A DNA stretch of 64,000 nt, taken from NCBI GenBank assembly GCA_000182565.2, contig KQ257452.1; one strand, written 5' to 3'. Below are positions 12,745 through 24,353 of this stretch, in pieces. The first letter of the stretch is position 1; each line of letters opens with the position of its first letter. Under the pieces are notes generated by a model. The model ran no database searches, was not told the DNA's origin, and saw only the letters and a program-made list of their open reading frames with translations. The position numbers and the translations under genes are program-made. This stretch comes from Spizellomyces punctatus DAOM BR117. Its lineage: Eukaryota.

Positions 12745-15065
12745 CTACCAGTAACGAGGACTCCGCGATCGTGAATGCCGTCGAGTGGTGCGGGACTGGG
12801 AGTGCCTGCCACGACTGCCGACCCTGTTTCTATCTTCAGTCTCGTCTTCCCGTCTGCTTTGTTTTGTCCGAACTGGAGATACCGACCTCCGCCCTCGGGG
12901 AACTTCGTCAATCGCACCTTCTTCGCTTTCACTTTCGCTGCTGATTCTTAAAGATGCTGTAGACGGACCAGACCCCGCAGAGGATGGGGACGATAATAAA
13001 GAAATGCATTCGATCGTTTTATTGGTTTGCCGAGGTCTTTCAAACTCTGTTGAAGTCTTTCGATCCGTCCGGAAAGAGGTGGCACCAAGGACATTTACGA
13101 GCTGGGGTGCGCTCGTATTTTTGACGTATGGCAAATTAAAAGTTTCTCGGGGTAGGTTGTTAGTTTGATAATAGTTGTCTATGTATGCTTTTAAAGTCGG
13201 CAGCTGTGGCGGTTCCATTCGCTGCGGCCTTTTATCATCCATATCTTCGATCACAATTGGCGAAAGCTGCGCGGTTCCACAATCTGCGTTGGAAGTTACG
13301 CCGATCGCTTCGGGCAATGCGTGAGGTGCGCCATCTTCCACGACCCGACTATCAGGCAGCGTGGTTTTGGTGGAAGACTTCGTAGCAGCCGTCTGCGTCA
13401 TGATGGGAGAGGGACTAGAAGTGTCAATATCCATATCTTCTTCCGCCGAAATTGGCGATGTTTCAGTAGGGCGGATAGTTTGGCTTCCTATCGGTCGCAC
13501 ATCGACCTTCACGGACAGCTCCGACTTTCTAGCGTTGGATGGTTGTGGATTCTTCCTGGTCGGCTGGCGTTGCGAGCTTGTGCTCTGTTCGGAGTCGCTG
13601 ATTGGGTCAATCATAGTTGCGGGTTGAGTGACCATACCGGAAAATGTGACCGCAGTCGGATGCTGCGCAGGTGAGTGAATTGATGAAGGCACATCTACAG
13701 CCATCGAATCTAGTGACACTCCAATCTCGTCATTCAGCTGAAAGGTTTGTTGACATAATTTAGTCGTTTTGCATGAGATAATAGTTCAGTACCTTGTCCT
13801 CTTACATAGTCATTCCATTCAGCGCAAAACCTATCCCTCTGGTGTCGTACCATATCGTCGTCACCACGCACAATGCCATCCAACATGTCTCCCGTTCCGA
13901 GATCGCAAAACACCCCACCCTGATACCGGAGCTTTAAGACTCCAGAGCTGTCCTGGCATTGTCCTCTAATTTCCGAGAACTTGAATGCACGAGATGTCAT
14001 GTCGTTCAGATAATCGCTGGGATCGATGACTTGAAAATTAGAAATTGACTGCCCTTCAGGGTTTCCGTTCCATTTGTCTATCGCACGCGCTTTTTTCATA
14101 CAGACGCCTTCTTCCACCTGACAACAGATAGCGTGGAGATCCGGAGTGAAATCGAACCCAAAGAATTGAAAATATTGCACGAAAAGCCTGGCCAGCGGCG
14201 ACGTGTCGCGCGTCAATTTCTCGAAACGTAATACCAATGCAAGAACCATATTGACCACCGCGAAACCGCTGACACCCCCGCTGTCAGTTTTAGAAAACCC
14301 ACGAATGTGGAACCACTGCTTCACCACCAAAGTTAGCGGATACAAATGAGGCTGAAGGTCAAGCATGGCACGCTGCATGGCGTCTGCTGCCTTGAGGGCC
14401 GAGGGACAGTTCAGATACAGGAAGACTTTAAGACTGCCCATCCTTGTGCAGAATTGAATGTACCGAGTAACAGAGCCGTGTCGGTTAATTTTCAATGTCG
14501 AAAGATTGGCAACCTTTTGTATCAGTGGAGACACTAGGAGAGCGTCATGCAGATCTCCTAGTAAGTTCTCATTCTGCTCCAATTCTAAATCAAATTCGAT
14601 CATAATATCGAGGCCGCTCGTTGGAAGGCATCCTCCGTAGCGAGAGGACCCAATCAGATGCGCTTTCGCAGCGCCGGGTCTCAATTGCTTCGCTTTGCAA
14701 TAGTCTTTCAGAAACGTGCGTAGCTGGCGAACGACCCAACCACGCAGCGCCCTTTCCTGAGGACGGAGATTCAGCTGTGCGGCAAGCAGAATTATCTCAT
14801 TATTTAGCTTTGCAAAAAGGTCCGATGGTCTGCTATCGAATTTTGGCGGTAAAGTATGGAGAAGGGGCAAACCAGGCAGCTCCGGTAAGTCTTCATTTGC
14901 AAGATCAGAATGTTCACCCCCATTTGCAGTCGATTCAATGACTGGTCGATAGCTCTTGTCCAAAAGCGAATTAGGAGATTTGAGCCATTCCCGCCCCAAT
15001 TTTTCCAAACTACGGTTGGCCCACTGGGTCAAGGGATCCACGGTGGGCATTGCCACGGACAGCAT
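12745..15065 (-). CDS. Trf4/Cid14-type non-canonical poly(A) polymerase homolog with degenerate active site and a long S/P/R-rich, RS-ending tail
   Basis: IGSSRYGGCLPTSGLDIMI (canonical FGS..LYLPTSDID), LTLVVKQW, GGVSGFAV, VIDPSDYLNDMTSRAF (PAP-associated region). An intron GTAAGA..TTTCAG (~13739-13805) joins the two ORFs in frame (AEWNDY|LNDEIGVSLDSMAV). Confidence 0.78.
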
Positions 15066-15305
15066 TGCCGGACCGCCCTATATCACAGCAAGGAAAAGAA
15101 GGTAAGTGTTAGTCAAACCTATCTAGTCTCATTGTAATGGAGCGGCTACTCACCCTTTGATCGATGCGGAAGAGTGGGAAAGGTCAAAGTGGTAGCTTTG
15201 CTGCGCGCAAGTTCACGTGGTTCCAACCAGTGCAGTGGTTCGTTTCCTGGACGAGTCTTGGAGGGCCTGCCCAAACCCGCGTTTGCATCAGATTAGCACC
15301 AGACG

Positions 15306-16283
15306 GTGGACCCGCGCAGAGATCCCAGACTGGAGCAACGAGCTTCGTTCCAACCACAAGAGCCTCATCAGCAAACTTTGCAACAAGCATTGCTGGGAAT
15401 CCCTCCTGGCGTGCAGCAGCTAATAGCACAACATCCAGAGCTCCTGCAACAAATCGTTTCCCTCGCTTCTCCAGCAGAGGTGACGCACCTCCTTACACTG
15501 CTAGGTTTAGTTCCAGGCGCACCAGAGCAAGCTTTTACCCCCACCCTGCAGCCGACAGGCTATCTTGCGCCTGTCCAACAGCAGCAGCAGCACAGTAATA
15601 TATGGGCAAGTTCGGTCCAGTCAAACCACCCTCCCCAGTCACAAAAGTCGTTGTCTGTAGCGCCCACTCCACCAAACAACATACAGCACCAAACACCCTC
15701 TTTAACAGAGCAAAAAACTGACGTTGGACACTTTTCGCATGACAGGTGAGACTGGGACGAGCAGTCTGCGAGCGCCTCAGTGCCTACAATGACCGCTTAC
15801 TCTATGTCAATAGCTCCCAAGCAATACCCCGTAGTAATATGGGGACACTTCATACAATTCCACCGGCTTCTCAGAAGCGCCCAAGATCCCCGCCTTCGTC
15901 TCAAGCCCTGCCGCCAATGTACGAATATCTGGTCCCATGGTCAAAGCTCGTACATCTTATGATTTCCCTCTTAACAGGAATGATCGACACGTCCCACTTG
16001 CGACTCAAAAGAAACATGAACCCCAAGTGCCTAGCGACGGAGATGTGGAGGTATGTCTCATTTTGCTTGTTTTGAAAGAAGAGTCCTCCCTTACCGTTTT
16101 CATCCGGTAACCCTCACTCATGTTTGCTGTATGTTGACTACCAAATTTACCACACCTTTCTTCTTACGGTAAACCTTTTGATATCATTCAGCTTGATATG
16201 AAGTCACCGTGGAGATATTGGAATGTAATTACAGGCACTCGATATCAGAATCGCCTAATCCAGACATACAGGCCAGATGGATA
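15306..16283 (+). CDS. Hypothetical Q/P-rich protein with N-terminal DPR repeats; downstream exon structure tentative
   Basis: ORF MDPRRDPRLEQRASFQPQ.. followed by plausible introns (GTGAGA at 15746, GTACGA at ~15919, GTATGT at ~16050). Confidence 0.5.
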
Positions 16284-16442
16284 GGAAGTTGAGCGTCCGG
16301 TCATGTGATGTCACGCCAATGCTTGCAACCGGAATGCACATGAAACAAATGTGTAAAATGCAAATTGAACCACTTCTTGATCTTACCCTTCCATGAGAGT
16401 TGAAAGTTGTCTTCGTTTGTTTCCCTACAACGATCTGCTCTC

Positions 16443-17420
16443 ATGATAGCTATAAAAAAACGGTTCAGTAAGGCACAAGCGGTTGCACAGCAGTGGACTG
16501 AGGAAAGGCGTCAGCAGCTCTTGAAAGATCCGGAAATCAAGGAATTACTGGGCGCATTAGAGCTCGAAAGGGCGCAGTCGGTACCCGTTTCTTCGGCGTC
16601 CCCAGAAGATATTGCCAAAGTTACTGGGTTCAATTTTTCCCAGAATGACATGGAAGGATATAGTAATTGGGACTTAGAGGCTCAAAATGTAATTCCTCCA
16701 CTTCAACCGTCAGATGTCTTCACTAGACAGATGGACCGCTTAAACAGATGGTTCAACCCAAAAAGTGAAGCTCTTGCTCGCTCGTTTCTGGATAACTATA
16801 TCTTGGAAGGGTTGGAGCACACGCAACCCAGTGACAGTCCTCTCACATTTTACGGAGAGGTTAGCGTTAGTCAGACGAACCCATCGGTCAAGATGACGCT
16901 GGCAGGAGATATCGACTATGTGTTTGCGTATGGAGATGCAACGAAACCTCAAGTCCAAAATATTGTCCTATTGGCAGAGGCGAAAAGCCGCAGAGTAGCC
17001 ATTGGAGGTTGGATTATGGTTCAATTGCTGGCGTACATGGCGATGGTATATCGAGCGCGCAAAGTCAGCAAAAAGATAAATCCCGGTGTTTTCGGTATTA
17101 TGACGAATGGCCATGCATGGATATTCTGTCGAATTGATAACGACGGAGAGGTGTACCAGTCTCCTAGGTACACGGGAACAGACGTGGTTCTACGAAACCT
17201 TGCTTTTGTTCTTGATGCTTCAAAGATTTCATCCCCGTCGACCACCCCCTTCGGCTCGGAGGAAGATCTCAGCGCAAGCAGCGTTTTTGCTAGTCTTGAG
17301 CACCTTGCAGGGTATACACCGGCCATCAAGTCTGCCGAAGAGGAAGCAGAAAGTCAAGACCCACAAAATTTTGATGTGGTGTTTGAGGGACCAGAGGAGG
17401 ACCGTGAACCTCCATACTAA
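16443..17420 (+). CDS. Intronless PD-(D/E)XK (restriction-endonuclease-fold) protein of the type found in fungal Crinkler/CR-effector C-termini
   Basis: SEALARSFLD..GEVSV..LAGDIDYV..LLAEAKS..QLLAYM..VFGIMTNGHAWIFCRI gives the E..D..ExK..Q catalytic pattern and the G..TdG..W.F motif. Confidence 0.75.
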   Translation: MIAIKKRFSKAQAVAQQWTEERRQQLLKDPEIKELLGALELERAQSVPVSSASPEDIAKVTGFNFSQNDMEGYSNWDLEAQNVIPPLQPSDVFTRQMDRLNRWFNPKSEALARSFLDNYILEGLEHTQPSDSPLTFYGEVSVSQTNPSVKMTLAGDIDYVFAYGDATKPQVQNIVLLAEAKSRRVAIGGWIMVQLLAYMAMVYRARKVSKKINPGVFGIMTNGHAWIFCRIDNDGEVYQSPRYTGTDVVLRNLAFVLDASKISSPSTTPFGSEEDLSASSVFASLEHLAGYTPAIKSAEEEAESQDPQNFDVVFEGPEEDREPPY

Positions 17421-17709
17421 AGAACGTACAGCACTATCTTAATTTTGCCTATTTCATATTTTATTTGCATCTTTCAATGTATATTTCAAATACAACGGCT
17501 CGACGTGAATCGTACTGATGATCGACGTTGAGGGATGTATTCTTACGTAACCGCACAAATATGACTCACCAGGAAGGTGGGCAGCTGTTGGCCTCTCCAC
17601 GCAGCAGCCCAATTTACCATCTGACGGACTTCCACTTATTAATTTCCAGAGTTCATTACTCACATCACGCGTTGACACTGCATCTCAGTATCAAACGAAC
17701 AATCTGACA

Positions 17710-20700
17710 ATGACGTTCCAACTCTCAGCGGTTCTAGTCGGCCACGAATCTGATGTATGCCTCTGTTTTTCTTGCGAGATCTACTCAACGTCCCTTCGTT
17801 ACTAAAGCATCGCATATTTCCGTTAGGTGAAAGCAGTGGTGGCCGCAACGGAGGACTTACTTGCATCTGTATCCCGTGATACATCCACAATTACGTGGCG
17901 ACGAACGGGAGCCAATTCGTTTGAACCGTCGGGCCGCTTCCAGGAACACTCACACTTTGTAAACGCAGTAACATATCTACCACCAAGTGGAGATCATCCA
18001 AATGGTCGGACATCAGTTACGCTTAAGATACGAGATGAAATATGACTTATTGGGTGCTGCGATTCAGGCCTTTTTGCAAGTGCTGGTTCCGACAAAATCA
18101 TTGCAGTGTTTGACCCGACCTTGCCAAAGAATGCACTCTATTCTTTGATTGGACATACTGACAACGTGTGTGCGCTTTCAACTGCACCAAACGGCGATAT
18201 CATCTCTGGATCGTGGGACTTGTGAGTTGATGCACAATGCTGGCTCGATACAGCGTATGCCTGTCCGGCTCATTCAACTTCTGTGGTGATCAGTACTGCC
18301 AAAGTGTGGAGGAACTGGGAATGTATTTTTACGGTCAAACATAATCAGTCAGTCTGGGCAGTTCTTGGACTGGAGGATGGGGGATTTTTAACTGGTACGG
18401 TATTTCTACGAATTCGGGCACCTCATCTCACCATCTAATACGGTGATCGTTAAAGGATCCGCCGATAAGACTATTAAGCTATGGCGTGATGGGAAGTGTG
18501 TGCACACATACTTGGGTCATACCGATGCCGTCAGGGGCTTGGCTCCTCTATCTGATCGGAGATTTGTGTCCTGTTCAAATGACGGGTGAGTTACACAGTT
18601 GTTCTATTTAATGGCGTCACGTATATTCATGCTATTTACGCTTGATTAGAACACTGCGAATTTGGTCTCTAGATGGAGAATGTCTGCAAGAGTTGACAGG
18701 ACACACCTCCTTTGTATATACTGTTGCCATTTTGCCCTCGGGAGAAATCGTGTCAGGTGGTGAAGATCGCTCAATCCGAATCTGGAAAGGTCTGCTCTAG
18801 CTTGTCTTATCCCGTGTTCTATGGCGTGATATTTATAAGATGGACCGAAAAAGGAGGCGAATGTGTGCAAACTATCATCCACCCATGTCCGTCGGTTTGG
18901 AGCGTTGCCTCTCTTGCCAACGGTGATATTATCACCGGCGCAAGTGATGCGGTGGTCCGCGTCTTTACCAAGTCCAATGATCGCTTGGCCCCTCCAGAAG
19001 TCCTCAAGGTATTCCGGATACAATGCCTGGTGAATTTCTATGGAAATCACTAACGTCTGCTGAAGGCTTTCGATGACTCCGTAGCGAGCCAAGCCATACC
19101 ATCGAATCAGATCGGCGATGTCGACAAGTCAAAGCTGCCTGGTCCTGATGTTTTGGATCGACCAGGTATTCTTGACGTTGATTGGGGTGCCTCCTGTATT
19201 TTCTTGTTTTGATATCCTATCGTAGGGAACAAGGACCAGCAAGTTATCATGGTCAATATGGGTAATTCGGTCGAAGCGCATCAAGTAAGCTTCCCCAGAG
19301 TTTCATATCATGCTCCAAGAGTGCTAAGTAGCGTCAACAGTGGAGTCAAGCGGACCACAAATGGCATAAAGTTGGTGAGGTCGTGGATGCTATAGGATCT
19401 GGTCGCAAAACACAATTTGAGGGAAGAGATTACGACTACGTTTTCGATGTTGATATTGGAGAAGGGATGCCACCTCTCAAGTTGCCATATAACGCATCAC
19501 GTATGTTGATGTGCCATTAAGATTAAGCTCGTCGTCTAATGAGTCCTTACAACATAACCTGCTTATGTAGAGAATCCATACGAGGCCGCACAAGAGTTTA
19601 TATGGAAACATGAGCTTCCGCAAGATTACTTGGACCAAATTGCAAATTTCATTCTTCAGAATGCAAAGGACGCGACGCTGGGCGCTAGCTCGTCGTCATA
19701 TCAAGATCCCTTTACTGGTATGACAGGGATTTCTTCATCAATAGTCCGCGTCCTCATCTGGTGGTTTTTCGCAGGTGGTAATAGATACGTGCCCGGTGGA
19801 TCCAGGGTAGGTCTTCCCTGTGGGATCAAAATCCCCACCGTTAGCTGATTTTGGATATTTATGGTATAGGGCCCAGCCTCCGAAGGAAGCGCATATCAGT
19901 CAGCCGGTGTTCAGCTGAACCGAGCACCCCAATCGAGTTCATACATTCCGCACGTAAGACTACCACTTCTCATATGAAGCCACCAATCCCTTACCTTGGC
20001 TATCTCAATTACTAGCTTGAATATACGTTATTTAAAGCCGCGAACCTCACAGCCATCCTTGCCAAATTGGTACAGCTGAATGCAGATCTGGAAAAGAGCA
20101 TGGTATGCAGCTTTGTCTGAAATGACCAGTCAGCGAAAGCTAAGTCGCATACGCTATTCTCATAGGATTATGGCACCGCTGCTCTGAAACCAGAGGAAGA
20201 AAAGGACCTGGAGCAAGTGATCAAGTCGCTTGAGACACCCTCTAAGTCCCAGCAGGCCTTTAAGCCGCACCACCTTGCAATCTTGCAGAAGGCTGCTCTC
20301 CAATGGCCACCACAGCAACGATTTCCCGGTAAGCGGGACGTTTTACAGAATTGGAAGGACATGTTTAGGCATATATTGACATCAACTCCATCAGCCATTG
20401 ATATTCTCCGTCTAGTGGTGCTACACTCATCATTGCCGGTCACTTCAGGAAGTCTGGCACGCCTACTCGACCAACTGGCTGGCTTCTCGACGCTCAAACA
20501 GGATGCGTTGAGCAAAGTAGAAGAAACAAATATTATGCTTGCATTGCGCTTTTTGGCAAATGCGTTTGCCACCAAAGAGGGTCAGGCATCAGCATACAAT
20601 GAGCGACAGCAGGTAACATTTGTGAGATACTCAGATCATCGTCCACATGGGAGCTTATAATGATTGCTATGTTAGATTGTGGATCTTGTTAAAGACTGCT

Positions 20701-21222
20701 GGCGGGGAACACAGAACAAAAACCTGAGGGTAGCCCTCGCGACTGTTTTCCTGAAGTGGGTACACTCCGAGTTTGGAGGCGGACTATTCGACGGATGTGT
20801 ATTGACTAATATCTTCTATAGTTATGCTGTGTTGTTGAATGAACGGCCCGACGACGCTCTGCGTGTAGACCTACTCAAAACGGTGATTGAGGTACGTATT
20901 GGCTAAGTGGAATGGACCGCGTGGCGTATAGTAAACACCAGTCTGGAATGGAATAGTTTCTCCGGACCGAAACGGATGCTGAGACAGAGTTCCGAGCCAT
21001 GGTCGCGCTTGGAACATTGGTAAGCAAACAGCGCACCAAACAATACACCTCAATAGCTCACTCTCCCATTAAATTCCACAGGTTCACGACAACGCGGACG
21101 CCAAGGAGGCTGCTAATCTCATGAATGCTGCGTCGACTGTGAAACGTGCCCGTCGAACTACCGGTGATTCCGAGGTGAAGCTGCAGCAAATTGAAAAAGA
21201 TCTGATAGCACTGCTTAGATGA
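17710..21222 (+). CDS. DOA1: Doa1/Ufd3/PLAA ubiquitin-Cdc48 cofactor (WD40-PFU-PUL), many exons
   Basis: MTFQLSAVLVGHESD|VKAV, WD40 repeats (GHTDNVCAL, GHTDAVRGL, GHTSFVY), PFU GKDYDYVFDVDIGEGMPPLKLPYN, DPFTGGNRYVPG, PUL QWPPQQRFPAIDILRL; ends IALLR-TGA. Confidence 0.93.
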
Positions 21223-21377
21223 GTGGTTTTCGGGGCCTGTAATGGACTACTGACAGCATAGCTGCAATGTGACAATATATGCAAATACATTAAAACATTC
21301 TGCAACAACCGTAAGAACAATTCAAGTACAGAAACAGTCGGGTTTATCTAGGATTGCGTGCTGGTTGCACCGCTCTT

Positions 21378-23688
21378 TTAGCGGACTTGAATGATACCAG
21401 CATTGATGAGCGTTCGGATCTTTGCCGCTACTTGGGGATTCTTCATGTGGCTGTGTAGCAGAAAAGAAGAGTAGTTTAGTTTTCAGCTGATTCAAAGCGC
21501 ATTTCTGGTGAACAACGTACTCTTGTGCCGCTCTTGGGTCTTCCTGCATCTGTTTTAGAATGCTGTTCATGACTGGGTCGGCCATGATGGCTTGCACTTC
21601 AGGATCATTCATTGCCCGTTTCAGATTTTCTTCCCGGTTTCCAGTGTTCTGCACTTGATTGAGCCCGGCATAGCATTTGAAGATCTATCCAGCCAAAATA
21701 GAGTTGGCGTGGTCAGCTGCCTGCGCATAAATAAGGAAACAAAGACACATGGCCATACTTGAGCATCAATCTCCTGAGTATGTTTGCCTTCTACATCCTT
21801 CTCCTTCGCTTCATTGCACATATCGATCGCTTTAACGTAATCCCGTTTGGCGTGGAGAATAGCGGCCTTCCGGATGTAAGCCTTCACAAAGTTGGGGTCC
21901 AATTGCAACGCTGCATCGCAGTCCTTTTCAGCCTCCGGGAAGGCCATCAATTTCACATAGCAAGCAGCGCGGTTCGAGTAGTTGCGTGGGTCGGCGTCGT
22001 TCCGCTTGATGGCTTCGGTGTAGTATTTAACGGCCTCGGCAAAGTTGGATTCCTTGAAAAGCTCATTGCCCTTCTCACGCGCTTCATCAGCAAGCTGTGG
22101 ATTCCGGTATGACTCTTTTTCTTGGATAGCTTTCAACTTTTCCGCCTCCTTCAATTTGGTGAGGATGTCTGGGGTGCGATGCTCGGTCAAGGACTTGTTA
22201 TAGTACTTGATAGCATTATCCAAATCGCCTTTCTTCATGTAAGCGTTCGCCATGCGGCCAAGTGCTCTGGTATATTCAAAAATCGTTAGGTCGTCCACAG
22301 AGGATTTCAGCGTTGCATAAAACTAAATTCACCTGGCGATGATCTTGTAGTCTGCACGTTGCTCACGACCTGCGTCCACTGCATCCTCACATGTCTTTAT
22401 ACTTTCGTCGTATCGTTCGGCTTCATATAGTGCAGCTGCAAGTCAAACGCAAAAAATTAGCCTCATCTTGGCGAAGTCATCGATTATTAGCATGATGCTC
22501 ACCAGCCTTGTTAGTCAAAACAGCAATGTTGGTATTGTCCAACTCCCATGCTTTGTCGTAATGCGACAAGGCTTCATCAAACTTGCGCTGCTTGTAAGCT
22601 TGGTTACCGAGGTCCTTTTCCCTGTCACTTTGAGCCCTCTTCTGTTTCTTTTCCTTCTCCTCTTCTGTGAGTTCAGGCTCAGGTTCAGGTTGCGCCTTTT
22701 TTGGTTCGCTTTTTGATGTGGCGGTTGGGTTGGGGGCTGATCTCGATTCGGCGTCGTTCGCAGCGGCAGCAGCCGCAGCAGCGGCATCCTCCGCATTGTT
22801 TGCCACCGTCGCATCCAGACCCATTGCCGCCATCATGAGAGTCATGATACGAGGATCTCGCATGTACCTGAAAGATTATTCTTACATTATTAAACTGGAT
22901 TTCACAGCCATCACAATTTGAATTTGTTGACTTACAAATTCATGTTCTGTGGGTTCTTTTGAATGTCCTGAATCTTTGCTTGAATATCCGGCTGAGCAAG
23001 TAGGGGCGCAACTTTTGGGTTGCTGGCAATCTTTGCCAAACCCTCGGGACCAAAAATGTTACCGAAAGGGTCTAGTCAGATGCGATCGTCAGTCAGATGT
23101 AAGATTCCACAAAAAGAGGTCGTCCTTACTGTCTCCTTCAGCGGCCATCGCGGCTTCCACGTCATCCAATGACTTTTGCAGTTGTGCATTGTTGGGGTCA
23201 ATCTTCAATCCTGCTTTATATGCATCTGCGGCCGCCACCAAGTCGCCCAATCCATGAAGGGCAGCACCTTTCCGTGAATATCCCTAAAGCCCACGCTTTC
23301 AGCATCTGATGAGTGATACCCAAAAAGCACACTCTATACTCACTCTTGCCCAATCTGGCTTCAGCTGAACTGTCTTTTCAGCATCCTGTAGGGCATTCTG
23401 GTAATCCTTCAGACTCGCGTGTGCTGCTGATCTACAATTATGCAAGTCAATGCATATTCTCGATGCCAAGCGCGGGGGTCAAAAGACTTGCCTACCTATT
23501 TGAGTACAGAACATGATTCGAGGGGTCCATCTCAATAGCTTGAGAAAATAGTTTGATGGCTTCGTCAAATTGGCCAGACGAGAAGGCCTTGTTGCCGCGT
23601 GTTTTGAAATCTTCCGCCTAACACAAACCTTGGTTATGGCAAAATTCATGGGAACAGAATTAAGCTACAATATCACACTTACTGTCAT
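21378..23688 (-). CDS. STI1: Hsp70/Hsp90 co-chaperone Sti1/Hop (TPR1-DP1-TPR2A-TPR2B-DP2)
   Basis: [73 protein letters not shown]; ends [10 protein letters not shown]. Confidence 0.96.
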
Positions 23689-24353
23689 GCTTATATGGAA
23701 GTGCCTGTGTGTTCAAAGGGTTGGTTGGGAGGTTAAAGTGCTCGTCGTAACACTTTATGAAAGCCAAAGACCCGCGCTGTGTGCTTTTTCGACGACCTTC
23801 GATGTGTCCAGCTGATGACTCATGTTGGCTGGATCCAAGACTAAGGTTTTACGTAATGGACTTCAACAAACGCAACGTCGTTTTTACAGATGACTTTTAC
23901 TTGTTCGCTGGCGACATTTGAAAACCTTTGGAGAAAGCGCCCTAGCGTTGCTATAATAAAGTATTATTCGTAACCACAAATATTCAACGAAGCCTCCCCA
24001 GGGCGGGATCTCAGCATCAGTCCAATCTCCTTATCGTTTGCTATCCGCTGATTACCACGTATTGGCAGAAAAAAGTAGCAATTCCAACATATGCGTAACG
24101 CTCTTCTCCTCGGAAAGTCACAACCTGAAAGTCCAACCTTGCCGGAAGCATCAACCTTGTCCTTAACATCTGCTGGTTGACGGGCAGGCGGCCTTCCACA
24201 CGTGATTAAAACGATCGCGTTGTGTGCCAGCTGTTTAGCGTTTGTGTTCGCCTTGTGCTGACAACATGATAGCCGCCAAGAAATGTCTTCTCGCTTTCCT
24301 CCGTCGCTTTCCTTTCATCTCCCCCATCCTTACCACCATTCTAGCGTACAAAT

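Noticed and set aside
13734-13736. Apparent stop separating the 443-aa and 324-aa minus-strand ORFs (two genes or readthrough)
   Set aside because: A GTAAGA..CTAA..TTTCAG intron joins them in frame, so this is a single gene.
23786-23822. Possible heat-shock element and TGACTCA site upstream of STI1
   Set aside because: Only two TTC units in phase, so not a convincing HSE; a single 7-mer is not distinguishable from chance.
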